Source: Lepidodermella squamata
Lineage: Eukaryota > Animalia > Gastrotricha
Direction of reading: 5' to 3'
Assembly (NCBI GenBank): GCA_047495785.1
Contig: JBLDXI010000064.1
Span: forward strand, 310,001 to 374,000
DNA length: 64,000 nucleotides
The notes below the pieces were generated by a model that was not told the DNA's origin, made no database searches, and saw only the letters and a program-made list of their open reading frames with translations. The position numbers were made by a program, and so were the translations under genes. Shown piece by piece: positions 11,564 to 28,995 of the stretch (position 1 is the first letter of the stretch; the number at the start of each line of letters is the position of its first letter).

Positions 11564-14319
11564 ATGTCAGCGAATCATCCAGGTCAAAGGCAGAAAAATG
11601 ATTTAGCCCGTCAAACCGGAGAACACGATGAAGCTGTTCTGGTATCAGTTGTTGCTGCAAGCATTGGGGATAGGTTGTTCCCCTTATTTTCGCCTCCAAA
11701 AGGAAATAAACGGCCTCTGGTATTAATATAATTGATCAGTTTTCACTTTTATGACCAACTACTTTTCATGCTAGAATAATACCCAGCCACGAAGTCAGAG
11801 CAACGCTGAAAACGCCGAACCCACACCAGGAAATTTGGCAGATGCCGATCGCCCTGCTAGTGCTTCGGTTCACGTTACGCCCGTTGAGAAGAAAGCCCGT
11901 GTCGACCATCAAGTTGAGTCAGGTGGTGACGACGGTGATAGCGACGACAGTAAGATGGACGAGGAAAACATTACCGTAGTTACTGAAGGTGAAGTTTTAT
12001 GCGATATTCTAGAGTGTTAACTTATTTTTACTGTTTTGAAAAGGTGATAATTCGTTTCCCGAAATTTTTGATTCCAAAACATTTCCCGAGCGTGAATTCA
12101 CAAAGTTCATGGATGGCAGGCCGGAATGTTTGGTTGTCCGTAAAAAGATGTTCTACTGCACGGTCTGCTCAACTTGCTTCGGAAACCCCGAGGCGATGAA
12201 GTTGGCGAATGGATCTTGTGACAACGCACATATCGACCCAGCTTTTGCCAGGAATGGTGTCAAAGCAGGGGATCGAAGGCATCTCACGAATAAGTTGAAT
12301 GCCCATGTGAAGTGAGTTGATTTTTTTATTTTACTTTTGAAATAAGGTCCTAGATGTTTTCAAGTTTAATTTCATGATTCAAATTTAGTAACCACTTCAT
12401 TTATGCGATCTATTCTAGGACCAAGAGCCACGAAAGAGCTGTTGATTACGTGAGTAATCGGGCTAAAAACAGCTTGAAGAAATCACTCGAAACAGCTGCC
12501 GAGTTGGAGTATAAGCGTTTGGCTGCATTGAATTTAGAAACAGAGCGGGTTTTCAATACGGTATACACTGAGGCGTTGCGAGCATTGCCATTTCACGTTC
12601 ATCCTCATTTGATCGAGCTTCAAGCTAAAAATGGCTTGGATATGGGTACCCTTCTTTTTTCAAAAGTTTCCTCGAAGGAAATAATACGCCACATTGCTTC
12701 AATTATGCGTCAAAAACTAGTGAAGCACATCTGTGATGAGTCTATGGATCTATCTGTTATGGCTGACGAAAGTACGTCGGTTTCGACCAAATCGTGCCTA
12801 TGCATTTACTTGCGGGTAGTCGAAGTTATTGACGATCAAGAAGAGGCGATGACGTATCTGCTCGAATTGTTGAATTTAGAAAATATGAAGGCTGAGACAA
12901 TAGCTGCGGCGATTCACAAGTCTCTCAACGATGCGGGATTTTCTGATCATTACCTGAACCAGCACTGGATAGCTCTTGCTACGGATGGCGCCTCGGCAAT
13001 GTTCGGAAGGCTTTCCGGAGCCGGCCGTCGTTTACAGCGTTTATTTCCATTGCTAATGCTATGGCATTGCCTTGCCCATCGTCTTGAGCTGAGTATCGGC
13101 GATGTTGTCCTCAAAGTCCAGGCTGTGAATCACTTCAAGCATTTTCTACAGGACCTCTATCATCTGTATAATCAGTAAGTTTCGCTTTTTCACTTGCTAA
13201 TTTTGTGAGCATTTTTTGTTTCCAGATCTGGCCAGGCTAAAGCTGAACTCGAGGCCATCGGTGAACAGCTTGGTATCGCGGTCGTTGCTATTAAAAGGAG
13301 CTTCGATATTCGCTGGTGTCATTCGAGTTTCAAGGCTGTGTCCGCCATATCAAGAAACTTCAAGGCTCTGCATCAGCATCTTTTGAATCGGATGGAAGCC
13401 ATTCCTGTTAACAGCAAGAATGCTGAGCAAAATAGCCTGCGCAAGAAACTTGGTGAATTGGCAAGTCGGCTGACTGATTTCACGTTTGTTGCAACACTGT
13501 GTCTCATGGAGGACATTTTGAGAACGGTTGGGCAGCTGAGCCTGGTTTTTCAGCGAATATCCTCCTCTCCGCTCAATGTTTGGGGCGAGATTCAGACGGC
13601 AACCCGGGTCATAACGAATTATCAAAATAAAGACGGAGTCAGTCTTGCCGCTTTTTCGCGTGAGTTTGAAGCAAAGAAGAGCTTCAAAGGAGTTGGTATT
13701 CGCGACGTCGATGGATCTGCGATTGCCTTCGAAATTTCAAGAAAAAACATTTGCAAGGCTGTCATCGACTCATTTTCCTCTCGCTTCGAACCATCAAGCG
13801 AAATTATGAAGTGGGCTGATTTGCTCAACCCTCATTCTTGGCCAGCAGAAGACCTGGAAACATTTGGCCAAGGCCGCATGATTACCCTGGCTGGGAAAAT
13901 GCGGGTCGACGCCGACAAAATCGGGTTTGAGTTTGCAAAAATGAAGCTCACGAAATGCGCCCCTGGCGAGGAGATCAACAAGCTCAAACGTAAGCTGAAT
14001 ACGTTCCCGATCGCGAGCTCGGACGTCGAGCGGGGATTTTCCTGCATGGAGGGTATTTGGACGGACGATCGCAACCAACTCGAAGTTGAAACGGCCTCAG
14101 GTTGGATATAAGAATAGACTTGAAATTATTTTATGTGTTTTGCTTTCATTAGACTTGATGTTCGTCAAGGTGAATGGACCGGCTTTACGGAACTTCATCG
14201 CGACTCCGTACGTGTTTTCGTGGCTTCAAGCGAATCACCGCAGCGCTGTCGCACAAGACAGAAGGCCCGACGTTGTAGACGATACCAAAGAACGAATCAA
14301 GAAAAAAATCTTTAATTAA
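11564..14319 (+). CDS. hAT transposase (ZNF862/KIAA1586-like type), 6 exons
   Basis: Open after splicing. Zn finger (CTVC...HVKTKSH), DDE residues in MADEST, ATDGAS and SSDVERGFS, CxxH (HCLAH), RW motif (DIRW), C-terminal dimerisation region. Confidence 0.9.
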
Positions 14320-14533
14320 ATGAGTTTAATTGTTAGCATTGTTGGCAATCCGTTATTCTGAACCCTGAACTCTTTTGAAAACGACTTTCACTTATGACGA
14401 ATAAAGCAGTTATTAATAAAAAGCGGTATAATAGGACCATGCGAGTGAGCGCAAGCGAGCGAGCTAAAAAAATTTTGAGTCAAACAGGCGTCCCTGGTAG
14501 GTTGAATGTCCTACTTTCCACGCTGGGCATTTC

Positions 14534-14720
14534 AACAATTTTGATGTACTTATTTGTGAATGCTTGGTATTTTTGGAATCGCGTGCGCCAAATAAATTAT
14601 GAATGATAAATCTTGTTGATATTTTCTTTCGAGTCGAGGCGCGGGCAAAATACGATGACTTTTCTATCTATCAATTTATCTAGGTGTTAGTGGTGGACTA
14701 TTCCAACGTTGTATAGAGAC
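14534..14720 (+). pseudogene. Remnant of the promoter and first exon of the 22498 lectin gene
   Basis: Colinear with ~22385-22580 (GGAATCGCGTGCGC...AAAATACGATGAC...CTATCTATCAATTTATCT), with a deletion in the signal peptide. Confidence 0.75.
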
Positions 14721-15181
14721 TAATTTTCTTTTTTTCCCTCGAAATCAAACAAACCAAATTTGCCATCGCCAATTCGCACCTGCATGAAAGCCGATGTCCT
14801 GTGAGTATCACAGCTGCCTCGAATTCGGCTCTGCGTTTAGACTCGATTAACAAAATGTGTGCTTACTTGTACAGCAATGTAGCATTGATCTTGTGTTATT
14901 CTTATTCTCATGTTATTCGTTGCATCATCAAGTGAATCATCAATGGAGCTCTGTGATAAAATTCGATATAGATCTTTATTTGAGTTTTCCACAAAATTGG
15001 TGGAACACTAACAATTTTGGTCTTTTTGTGCTTCTTTCATCGGGGTGACTATAGTTCTCAGAGCTAAAATAACCAATTTCCGCGACTGATGCTCTATTGT
15101 TACATTCAACCCCGAATCGCAATCTCGCTAAAAGAAATTAGGAAGAGTTTGCGGAGAAATAATGAAGCCTGTCGATCTCGC

Positions 15182-21325
<6,144 letters not shown>

Positions 21326-22497
21326 CTATTAAAATGCGAGAAAAAAAGCAAATGATTTTGTAAACATGATTTTCTAGCTTTTTCATTCGTTAATTATTGT
21401 CCACCGTGACGTTTTGAGTTCGCGCGTGCAAACTCAAAAATAAACCGATGATGTCAAGCTCTACTCTGGAGATTGTCCAGCTGACTTCATTTTATGTCAA
21501 ATAAATTCAAGTTCAACGCGGCGCAGACAATTTCAAAGCGGGTTAAAAAGCGAACATGAATGAACCAATAGACAATGACATTTTTTTCCAATAAATTTAA
21601 ATATTTCAAAGAGATGTTTCAAATCATCCGACTTAGCGAATCCATTTTTAATCATTGATCGCATCGAGGGCGCAGGGTTGTTCACTGCGGGTTTCATTTC
21701 GAAAATCGACTGTTCACAAAACAGCAAGTGCCTGCGCAATCGAGCTATTGAGAAAATATGACGATTAACAGAAGAATGATTCAATATTTAGCTTGAAAGC
21801 AGCAACCAGCCACCAGCTTGATGAAGCCTCGATTACACGTGCTCAGTTGAACAGAATCACCCGATATATATCGTGTCTTTTTAGAATTAACATGAGACAT
21901 TTTCTCTCTCTCTCTCTCTCTCTCCATTTTGGTCCGAGAACGGGGGGTAAGGGGGTCCGAGAACAAACCCGTTCGAAGATTTATGAAAAACGTAAGGGTC
22001 CCCCCTGTTGATTTGCAAATTTTGGTCTCAAAATGCCCGATTTACCCCCCTCAGAGCTGGACCTAGTCGAAACCCTGTGGAGAGTGCATCTGATCAACTG
22101 ATGTTTCGACGGTTTGACATGTTCAGCGTTTGGATTAGATTTCCAGCTTCAAAATAATTTCCAAAGACTTGGCTGAGTTTGATGGTCATTTTTCATCTAT
22201 TCACAATATTTTTTCCCCGCACTTGTTTCAAATAACAGAATGACGGCCCGTTTGATCGTAATTCAGGTTCAAGACTAGCGAATTCCGCGATAAGAGCTAA
22301 ATCTAAATTGATATCAGTGAAGAAACGAGACAAAAACAGAAAAACTACTTGACTTGAAATGAGATTACATATATTGAGCATTTCAAAAATTTTGACGTAT
22401 TTATGAATGCGTAGTATTTTTGGAATCGCGTGCGCTAAATAAATTGTGAATGAGAAATCGTGTTGAACTGTTCTTCAAAGCCAAGGTGCAAAATACG

Positions 22498-25400
22498 ATG
22501 ACGGCCATCAGCAGCTTGTTCAGAGTTCTCTATCTATCAATTTATCTCGGTGCTAGTCATGGACGATTCCAGCGTTGCTTCTCGCAATATAACGACGATT
22601 TCACGCGATGCGTTGCGGTTAGCGATGGCTGCGACCCGTTAACAGAATCTACGGTAATAATAGCCGAAAGTAGTTTCAATTTAATATCTGAAAATTTTAG
22701 AAGGGCAGTAATTTCACAGCACTCGAGCTATGCCGAAGAGGGGTTTGGCGATAATTATTGTAACAACCTCAACTTTTCAATGATTTTGTTCGAAAAGAAT
22801 GCACTAATGTGTTATCGATATGCGTTACTATCGATTTCATGTCGACCAGCTGGGTTGTCTTGCTATTCAAATGAAATTTCGGTATTTTTCACCTGAGAAT
22901 CTTCAAATTTTAGCAATTATTGGTAATAACAGATACAAACATTTAACGGCCTCACGCTGTTGCGAGCTAATTTACGAGCTTGCAAGAACGCAACTGCCGA
23001 TTTCCCGGTATTTTTTACAGATTTTAATTAAAAATTCATACTTGATTTGCGTCTGTAGGATCAGTTGTTCAAACGCTGCTATGCCAATCGAACTCTGGTG
23101 ACTTGTGTGCCGCGAGAAACAACTTCATGCCCGCCTAACACGGTTTACCACCCAGCACATTCCCAACAATGAGCATGATTCAATTTTTCAAGGTTGAAGG
23201 AGCCAATAAACGTAATTTGACAAGATGCGTCGATGGCAAGAGTGAGTCTTTAGCAAAAATATTGGTATGTTTGCTAACTGCCTTTCTGTAGTTCAAATTC
23301 CTGAAAGTGAACAGTCTCATGTTCGCTGCTTTCGGTCAACCGACCGTAACTTTGTGGTTTGTCGCCCGGCTGACTCCGGCTGCGATAATGGAACTGAAAC
23401 AAGTGTCTTCTCAGGCGGGCCTTTTCGAAATCTCGAAGCATGTTTGAAAGGAGTGAGCTAGTAAATCAAAGCCTCATCTTCAATAACAAATTTTTATATT
23501 TCAAGTTCGCCGTTCTATGCCGCGAGGGCAATGCAAAAGTGTGCTACAACACTTGTCCGAGCAGATCCAGAGTAAGTATCCTGGAAATCAGTAAACCTTG
23601 TAAAATAAGCTTCGATTTCAGATAAAGTTATTTCTCAACTCGCCTTCATTTGCGCATAACTACGCTAGTTGTTTATCGAATTTACAGCTGGTAGTTTTCG
23701 CCGATTCCCGGAACTACTATTTAACATTTTGACATTAAGGAACCGAGTTTTATCCGATGCCTGGCACCTCTTACCGCGGTCGTAACCTGTCGATCAAATG
23801 TTACGGGCTGCCAAGCTACAGAAACGCCCAATCTCGATAGGCTTTATCTGACAGAATCCGACTGTGTCGAGTCTTTCAGAAATTTCGAGGTCAAGAAACG
23901 ATTCACAGTCGTGAAATCGGGCGTCGATTGGCAGACAGCTCTCGGCTTGTGCTCAGCTCAATTAGGCCGACTCGTTGTTATTAAAACCGAAGATGATCAA
24001 AACATGTTGAAGCAGCAGCTCTACTTTCAACTGGTTGAATCAACCTGGATTGGGTTGAATTTCAACTCGACAACAACCGATTGGACTTGGGCGGATGGTT
24101 CAGCGTTCACGCCATCCTTCAGCTTACAATGGGGCCCAGGCGAGCCAAGTGGCAGTGGAACCTGCGTTCTGTTCAATTTCGTCGCAGATAATTTCTACCT
24201 GAACGATTGGCCGTGCGATAATTCGACTGTGACTGCTTACGCCTGCGAGAGCTATGCTGAAAATTACATTCCAGTAAGAACTCTTTTTCGTGATTTTTTG
24301 CTAAATTTTTTATCCGCGAGATTTTTCGGTTTTTCAAGCCTGGATATTTTCGCTGTATCGCACCGAACGGAGTCGTGAATTGTCGCTCCAACGAAACAGG
24401 CTGTTCCTCAATTGAGAAGCAATACCCAGCTGATGTCGGATTCCCAGACGAAGACCGATGCTTGAATCCAGCTAAAATGTTCACAGCCTACAACATCGCC
24501 CTTACCTGGGGAGAAGCCCGCGAGTATTGCAACAATCACAGCCAGGAAATTGCTACAATCAAAACGATGGGCGAGCACTTTGAAGTTCTGCGTTTGCTTG
24601 ACAATCAATCAATCAACTCATCTTGGGTCGGCTCTTATCGAAGCACTTTGTCCAATCTGTGGTTTTGGGTTGATAACAGCCGAGTCCTCGCTTTCCGTAA
24701 TCAATGGGCTGAAAATGAGCCAAATGGAGGCGGAAATTGCGGAATTTACAGGTCAAGCAACGGCGTCTACCAAATGGCCGCGTCCTTCTGCTACTCCGTT
24801 CCAATTCAAGGCTTTGTATGCGAGAAGATTGTCGACAATGACGGAACAGCCCAACTGCCGCAATATTTGACACCACATATTCGGTGTTTCAACTCGAAAA
24901 GCCGCGAATTTGTTGCCTGCCGACTTGAGGCAGCTGGTTGTCTAAATGGAACTGAAACACAAGAATATTCATCCGGGAATTTCGGAACCCTTGACAACTG
25001 TTTGACTGGAGTAAGTGGTCTAGCCATAATATGACGTTTCAGCTTATCTAAAATTTCAGGCAGCCTCTCAATGCCAAACTTCACTATGGAAAAGGTGTTA
25101 CGAATTCTGCCCCTTTGGATCACAGCAGGTAGTTATTATCTCTGATTTTCGAAATTGAACTTTTCCCTCCAGATCCAGTCCTACTTTTCCTCAGCCTACT
25201 TCCAAGAAAACCACGCGACTTGCATGAATCAAATTCCGGTGAGATCAGCAACAAATTGAACACCTATAATTGACAATTATATTCAGGCACTCTACTTACG
25301 CTGTGTTGATGTGAATCAAGGCGGAGTTGTAACTTGTCGGAATGAAACTGAGGGCTGTCAATCGAACGAATTCAGATTCCATGCAGACATTACTTTCTCC

Positions 25401-28400
25401 TCAGAATTGCGATGCTATAACCCAGCCAAAAGATATATCATCGAGAATACTCTCGCTTTCCGTCAAACTGCGATCATTCAATGCTCTGATGCCTTGTATC
25501 AACTTGCGAATGTGAAAACGTTGGGCGAACAAATCTACCTAAGGAGCCTATTGGCGTCTACAACAAACTCCCCGTTTTGGATTGGTCTATCGAAGAACAC
25601 AGGGACTTGGACTTGGATCGATGGCTCTCAATTTGTTGCTCTACCAGGCCAATGGGGCCCTGGTGAGCCAAAGGATTCCTTTGATTGCGCTGCTTACAAG
25701 CTCATCAACGGAACGAACTATCAACTCAGTGCTGAAAACTGCCTTGATACATTTTCCTATGTGTGTGAGAAGATTTTTGAGAATGACGGCTCAGGTAGGA
25801 TTGTTTCTTTTGTACTAGCTGACCTTTTTGTGAGCTTCGTTTAGACCTGGTTCCTGAATATTTGTTGCCACATGTTAGATGCTTCGACTATGCTAAAACA
25901 GATTTTCGGGGGTGTAGACCCATGAGCTCTGGCTGCCAAGTTGGAAATCAGACTCAGGAATATTCACCTGCATCATTTGAGACCTTGGATTCCTGCTTAC
26001 TTGGGGTAAACGATTTCAGAATACAATGCGATAGGGTACCCCATATTTGGCTTTTCCAGACTGCAGTTCAATGCCGAACTACTGTCGACAGGCGCTGCTT
26101 CGATTCGTGCCCAGTCGGGTCGGACCAGGTACGCGAATTTAACCCTGAAAATTGTCGATGCAAGCTTTCATTACTTCGAAAAGGTTGGCTCTTATTCCGG
26201 CTCGTTGTACTTTGCCGAAAATTATGAGACCTGTCTCAGCAACATACCCGTGAGTTTTCCCTAGACCGTGATCTATCTTCAGTGCTTTACCTTTTGATAG
26301 CCTGGTTTTGTCCGCTGTGTATCAACCTCGCCTGTTGAAACTATCAACTGCCGACCAAACACGACCAGCTGCTTAGCTGGAGAACAGCTCGATCCAGCCT
26401 ACGAGACCTACGCTACCGAGAAAATGTGCCTCAACGTCGAAAAATACTTCATTACCCGGCGAACGATGGTTAACTACGCCGAGGCAATAGATTTATGCGC
26501 CAATTTATCGGCTAAAATCGCTACAGTGAAGACATCAAGCGATCAAGCTGCGCTTCGGCAACAGTTGGCGTCTGAGTCTGTTCCAGCTGCTTGGGTGGGT
26601 CTGACATTACTCACGGATGGCTCGTTTGTTTGGGTTGATGGGACACCCTTCTCAGCGCTGCCCGATCAGTGGGGTGCGAATCAGCCGAATCGGTTCTGGA
26701 CATGTTCAAGCTACGCCTTCAAACCCACCCCAAACGAGTATTATCTGGAGAATACGAATTGCGAGCAGTCGCCCAATGCCATTCGACCTGGCTACGCTTG
26801 TGAAAAATTTGCACCTAAGAACAGCTCGGGTATTTTTTGTTTTTGAAAATCCAGCGGTTAAATCTAGCTAATTTCAGCCTCAGAGCCCCATGTTCGTTGC
26901 TTTGATGTGTCAACTCGGGGTTTCGTCGCCTGTCGGCCTTCGAGTCAAGGCTGTAACCCTAGCAATGAGACGCAGCAATTCTCGTCGAGAACTTTCGCCA
27001 ACTTAGATCTTTGCCTGATCGGGGTAAAATAACAGCCAATCAATACAGCCAATATTGATCAATCAATATATTTCAATACAGCCCGCTGTTCTATGCTCAA
27101 TGAGTGATGGAACGAGAAAATGCTACGATTTATGCCCATCAGACTCACAACAGGTCGGAATTTTATACGTAATTCGTAATCTTGATATCTTAGTAGTTCG
27201 TTTCCCGTTTTGTAGGTTGCATACTACCGCAGTTCCATATTCTTCCGGCAAAACTTCGATACGTGTCCGTACAACGAAATTGTGAGTTGTGAGTTGTTCA
27301 TCGGTACTTAGATTGAAGACATTCTAAGCTTTAAGTGGCTCAATTTTGAATCAATTTAAAGCTGGGTGCTTGCATTTGTGGGAGAAATTCGTACTCCGTC
27401 GCTTGAACTTGAGGATTCTTTACCTTCAACAGGGATATTATAGGCTAAGGATAACAAGTCTGATTGGGAAAATTTCCTCGAGAATTGATTAGAATCGTCG
27501 AGATTTCACTTTTAAAGCTTCTTTCTATTCCTAATTCCTAGCCTGCCTTTTATCGCTGCGTGGGAAATGACGGAACCGTAAATTGCCGGGTAAATGCAAC
27601 AGGCTGTTTGGCATCTGAAAAGCGATTCCCGCCCTTTTACACCTACGACACGAAAGCGATATGCGACAGCTTGAAAAAGGCCTACATTTACATCGAAGAA
27701 GCTTATGCGATTGAACAGTACCGAGCCAGCCTGGAATGCCAAGCTCTAAACATGGAGCTCGCGACGATAAAAAGCAACACCGAGTTCACGGCCATATACC
27801 AATACCCGTTCCCAACTATCTACGAACCAACGCCTTTCAGGCATCGAGCTTGGATCGGGTTGAACCTAGTATCGTGGCAGAGTGGCCAGTGGCGGTGGGG
27901 CGATGGATCGATACTGGATCGTAGTCTCTACAGCCCATACTTGTTCTACCTATGGGACGCGACTTACGCAAGTTTCGAATTTCAATGCGCGAGTATAGGA
28001 ATTTACGACAACTACTACAACCGAGCTTATGGCCCGTTGAGAGAAAATTGCTCACCCAGAGCCTATCCCCTGCTGGTTTGCCAGAATTTCGTCGAACCCC
28101 CAATATTGAACGGCAACCTTTCCGTGAGATGAAACTCTCTTTAAAGTTTCGATCTCTACCCTTATGTTTTAGGTTGGATTTTTCCGATGTGTTGATCCTA
28201 AATTCGAAGGCTTTGTCACGTGCCGATCGAATATTACTGGCTGTCTCGAATCAGAACGAAGAGTTCCGTCAAATGTGGTCTTTACCTCGGAATACCTGTG
28301 CTACAACGCTAGAAAAACCTACCAAGTCGTGAATGCAAATTGGAACTGGTTCGTGGCGAATGACTACTGCCAACAGCAGCTCGGTGGCCAAATGGCTGTT

Positions 28401-28661
28401 GTTAGGACTCTGGCTGATTGGAACGCGTTCAACAATCTAGTGGCGACTGATCAACTGCGGAGTGATGCTAAGCCTTGGGTTGGTCTCAGGTATAGCGTTG
28501 GTGGCCCGTGGCGATGGGTTGATGGTTCGGTGCTCCAGTCTTGGTCGCTGATTGGCGATGAGGGTTCGTGCGCGTACCGCGACATGGCTACTAGTAACTA
28601 CTACTCGACAGATTGCAATGATTTATTTACGGACACGTTAGTGTGTGAGACTTATGCTTGA
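22498..28661 (+). CDS. Large secreted multi-lectin: signal peptide, ~17 four-Cys modules, 6 C-type lectin domains
   Basis: Signal peptide MTAISSLFRVLYLSIYLGASHG. CTLDs at ~23900, 24475, 25430, 26445, 27680 and 28315 with WIGL/WVGL/WVGS and WxDG/WVDN motifs. Ends VCETYA*; no TM segment. Confidence 0.85.
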
Positions 28662-28995
28662 GAATTGGTGTGATTTGGTATGTAGATGTAGCACAGCTTA
28701 ATATATTGTAAGAAAGGATCATTTTATTTCAGTAAGAAAAATGAAGGATGTGAAAAGGATCAAGTAGATATAGGCATCGAAATCGAAATGTCTGTTAACT
28801 TCAAAATATTAAACATGCTTTACAATCAAATGAAGAAAATTGATGAATGTACAATGTACATGAGAATATGATAGACACAGCTTTCAACGCTCAAAACCTT
28901 TCAAAAATGGGGAACAAAAGTATTTTTGAAGAAGGAAATTAATTACTATTAAATTTACCGTGACCAATTACTTAAATACTTAAATACTTAAGCAA

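Larger units (their letters stand above)
11091..14525 (+). mobile_element. Full-length hAT DNA transposon (3435 bp)
   Basis: Perfect 15-bp TIRs CAGCGTGGAAAGTAG (11091-11105; 14511-14525) and perfect 8-bp TSD GGCATTTC (11083-11090; 14526-14533). Subterminal repeats and an internal transposase. Confidence 0.97.

Noticed and set aside
21929-22064. Small inverted repeat (GGGGGGTAA / TTACCCCCC)
   Set aside because: A possible MITE, but the arms are too degenerate to call.
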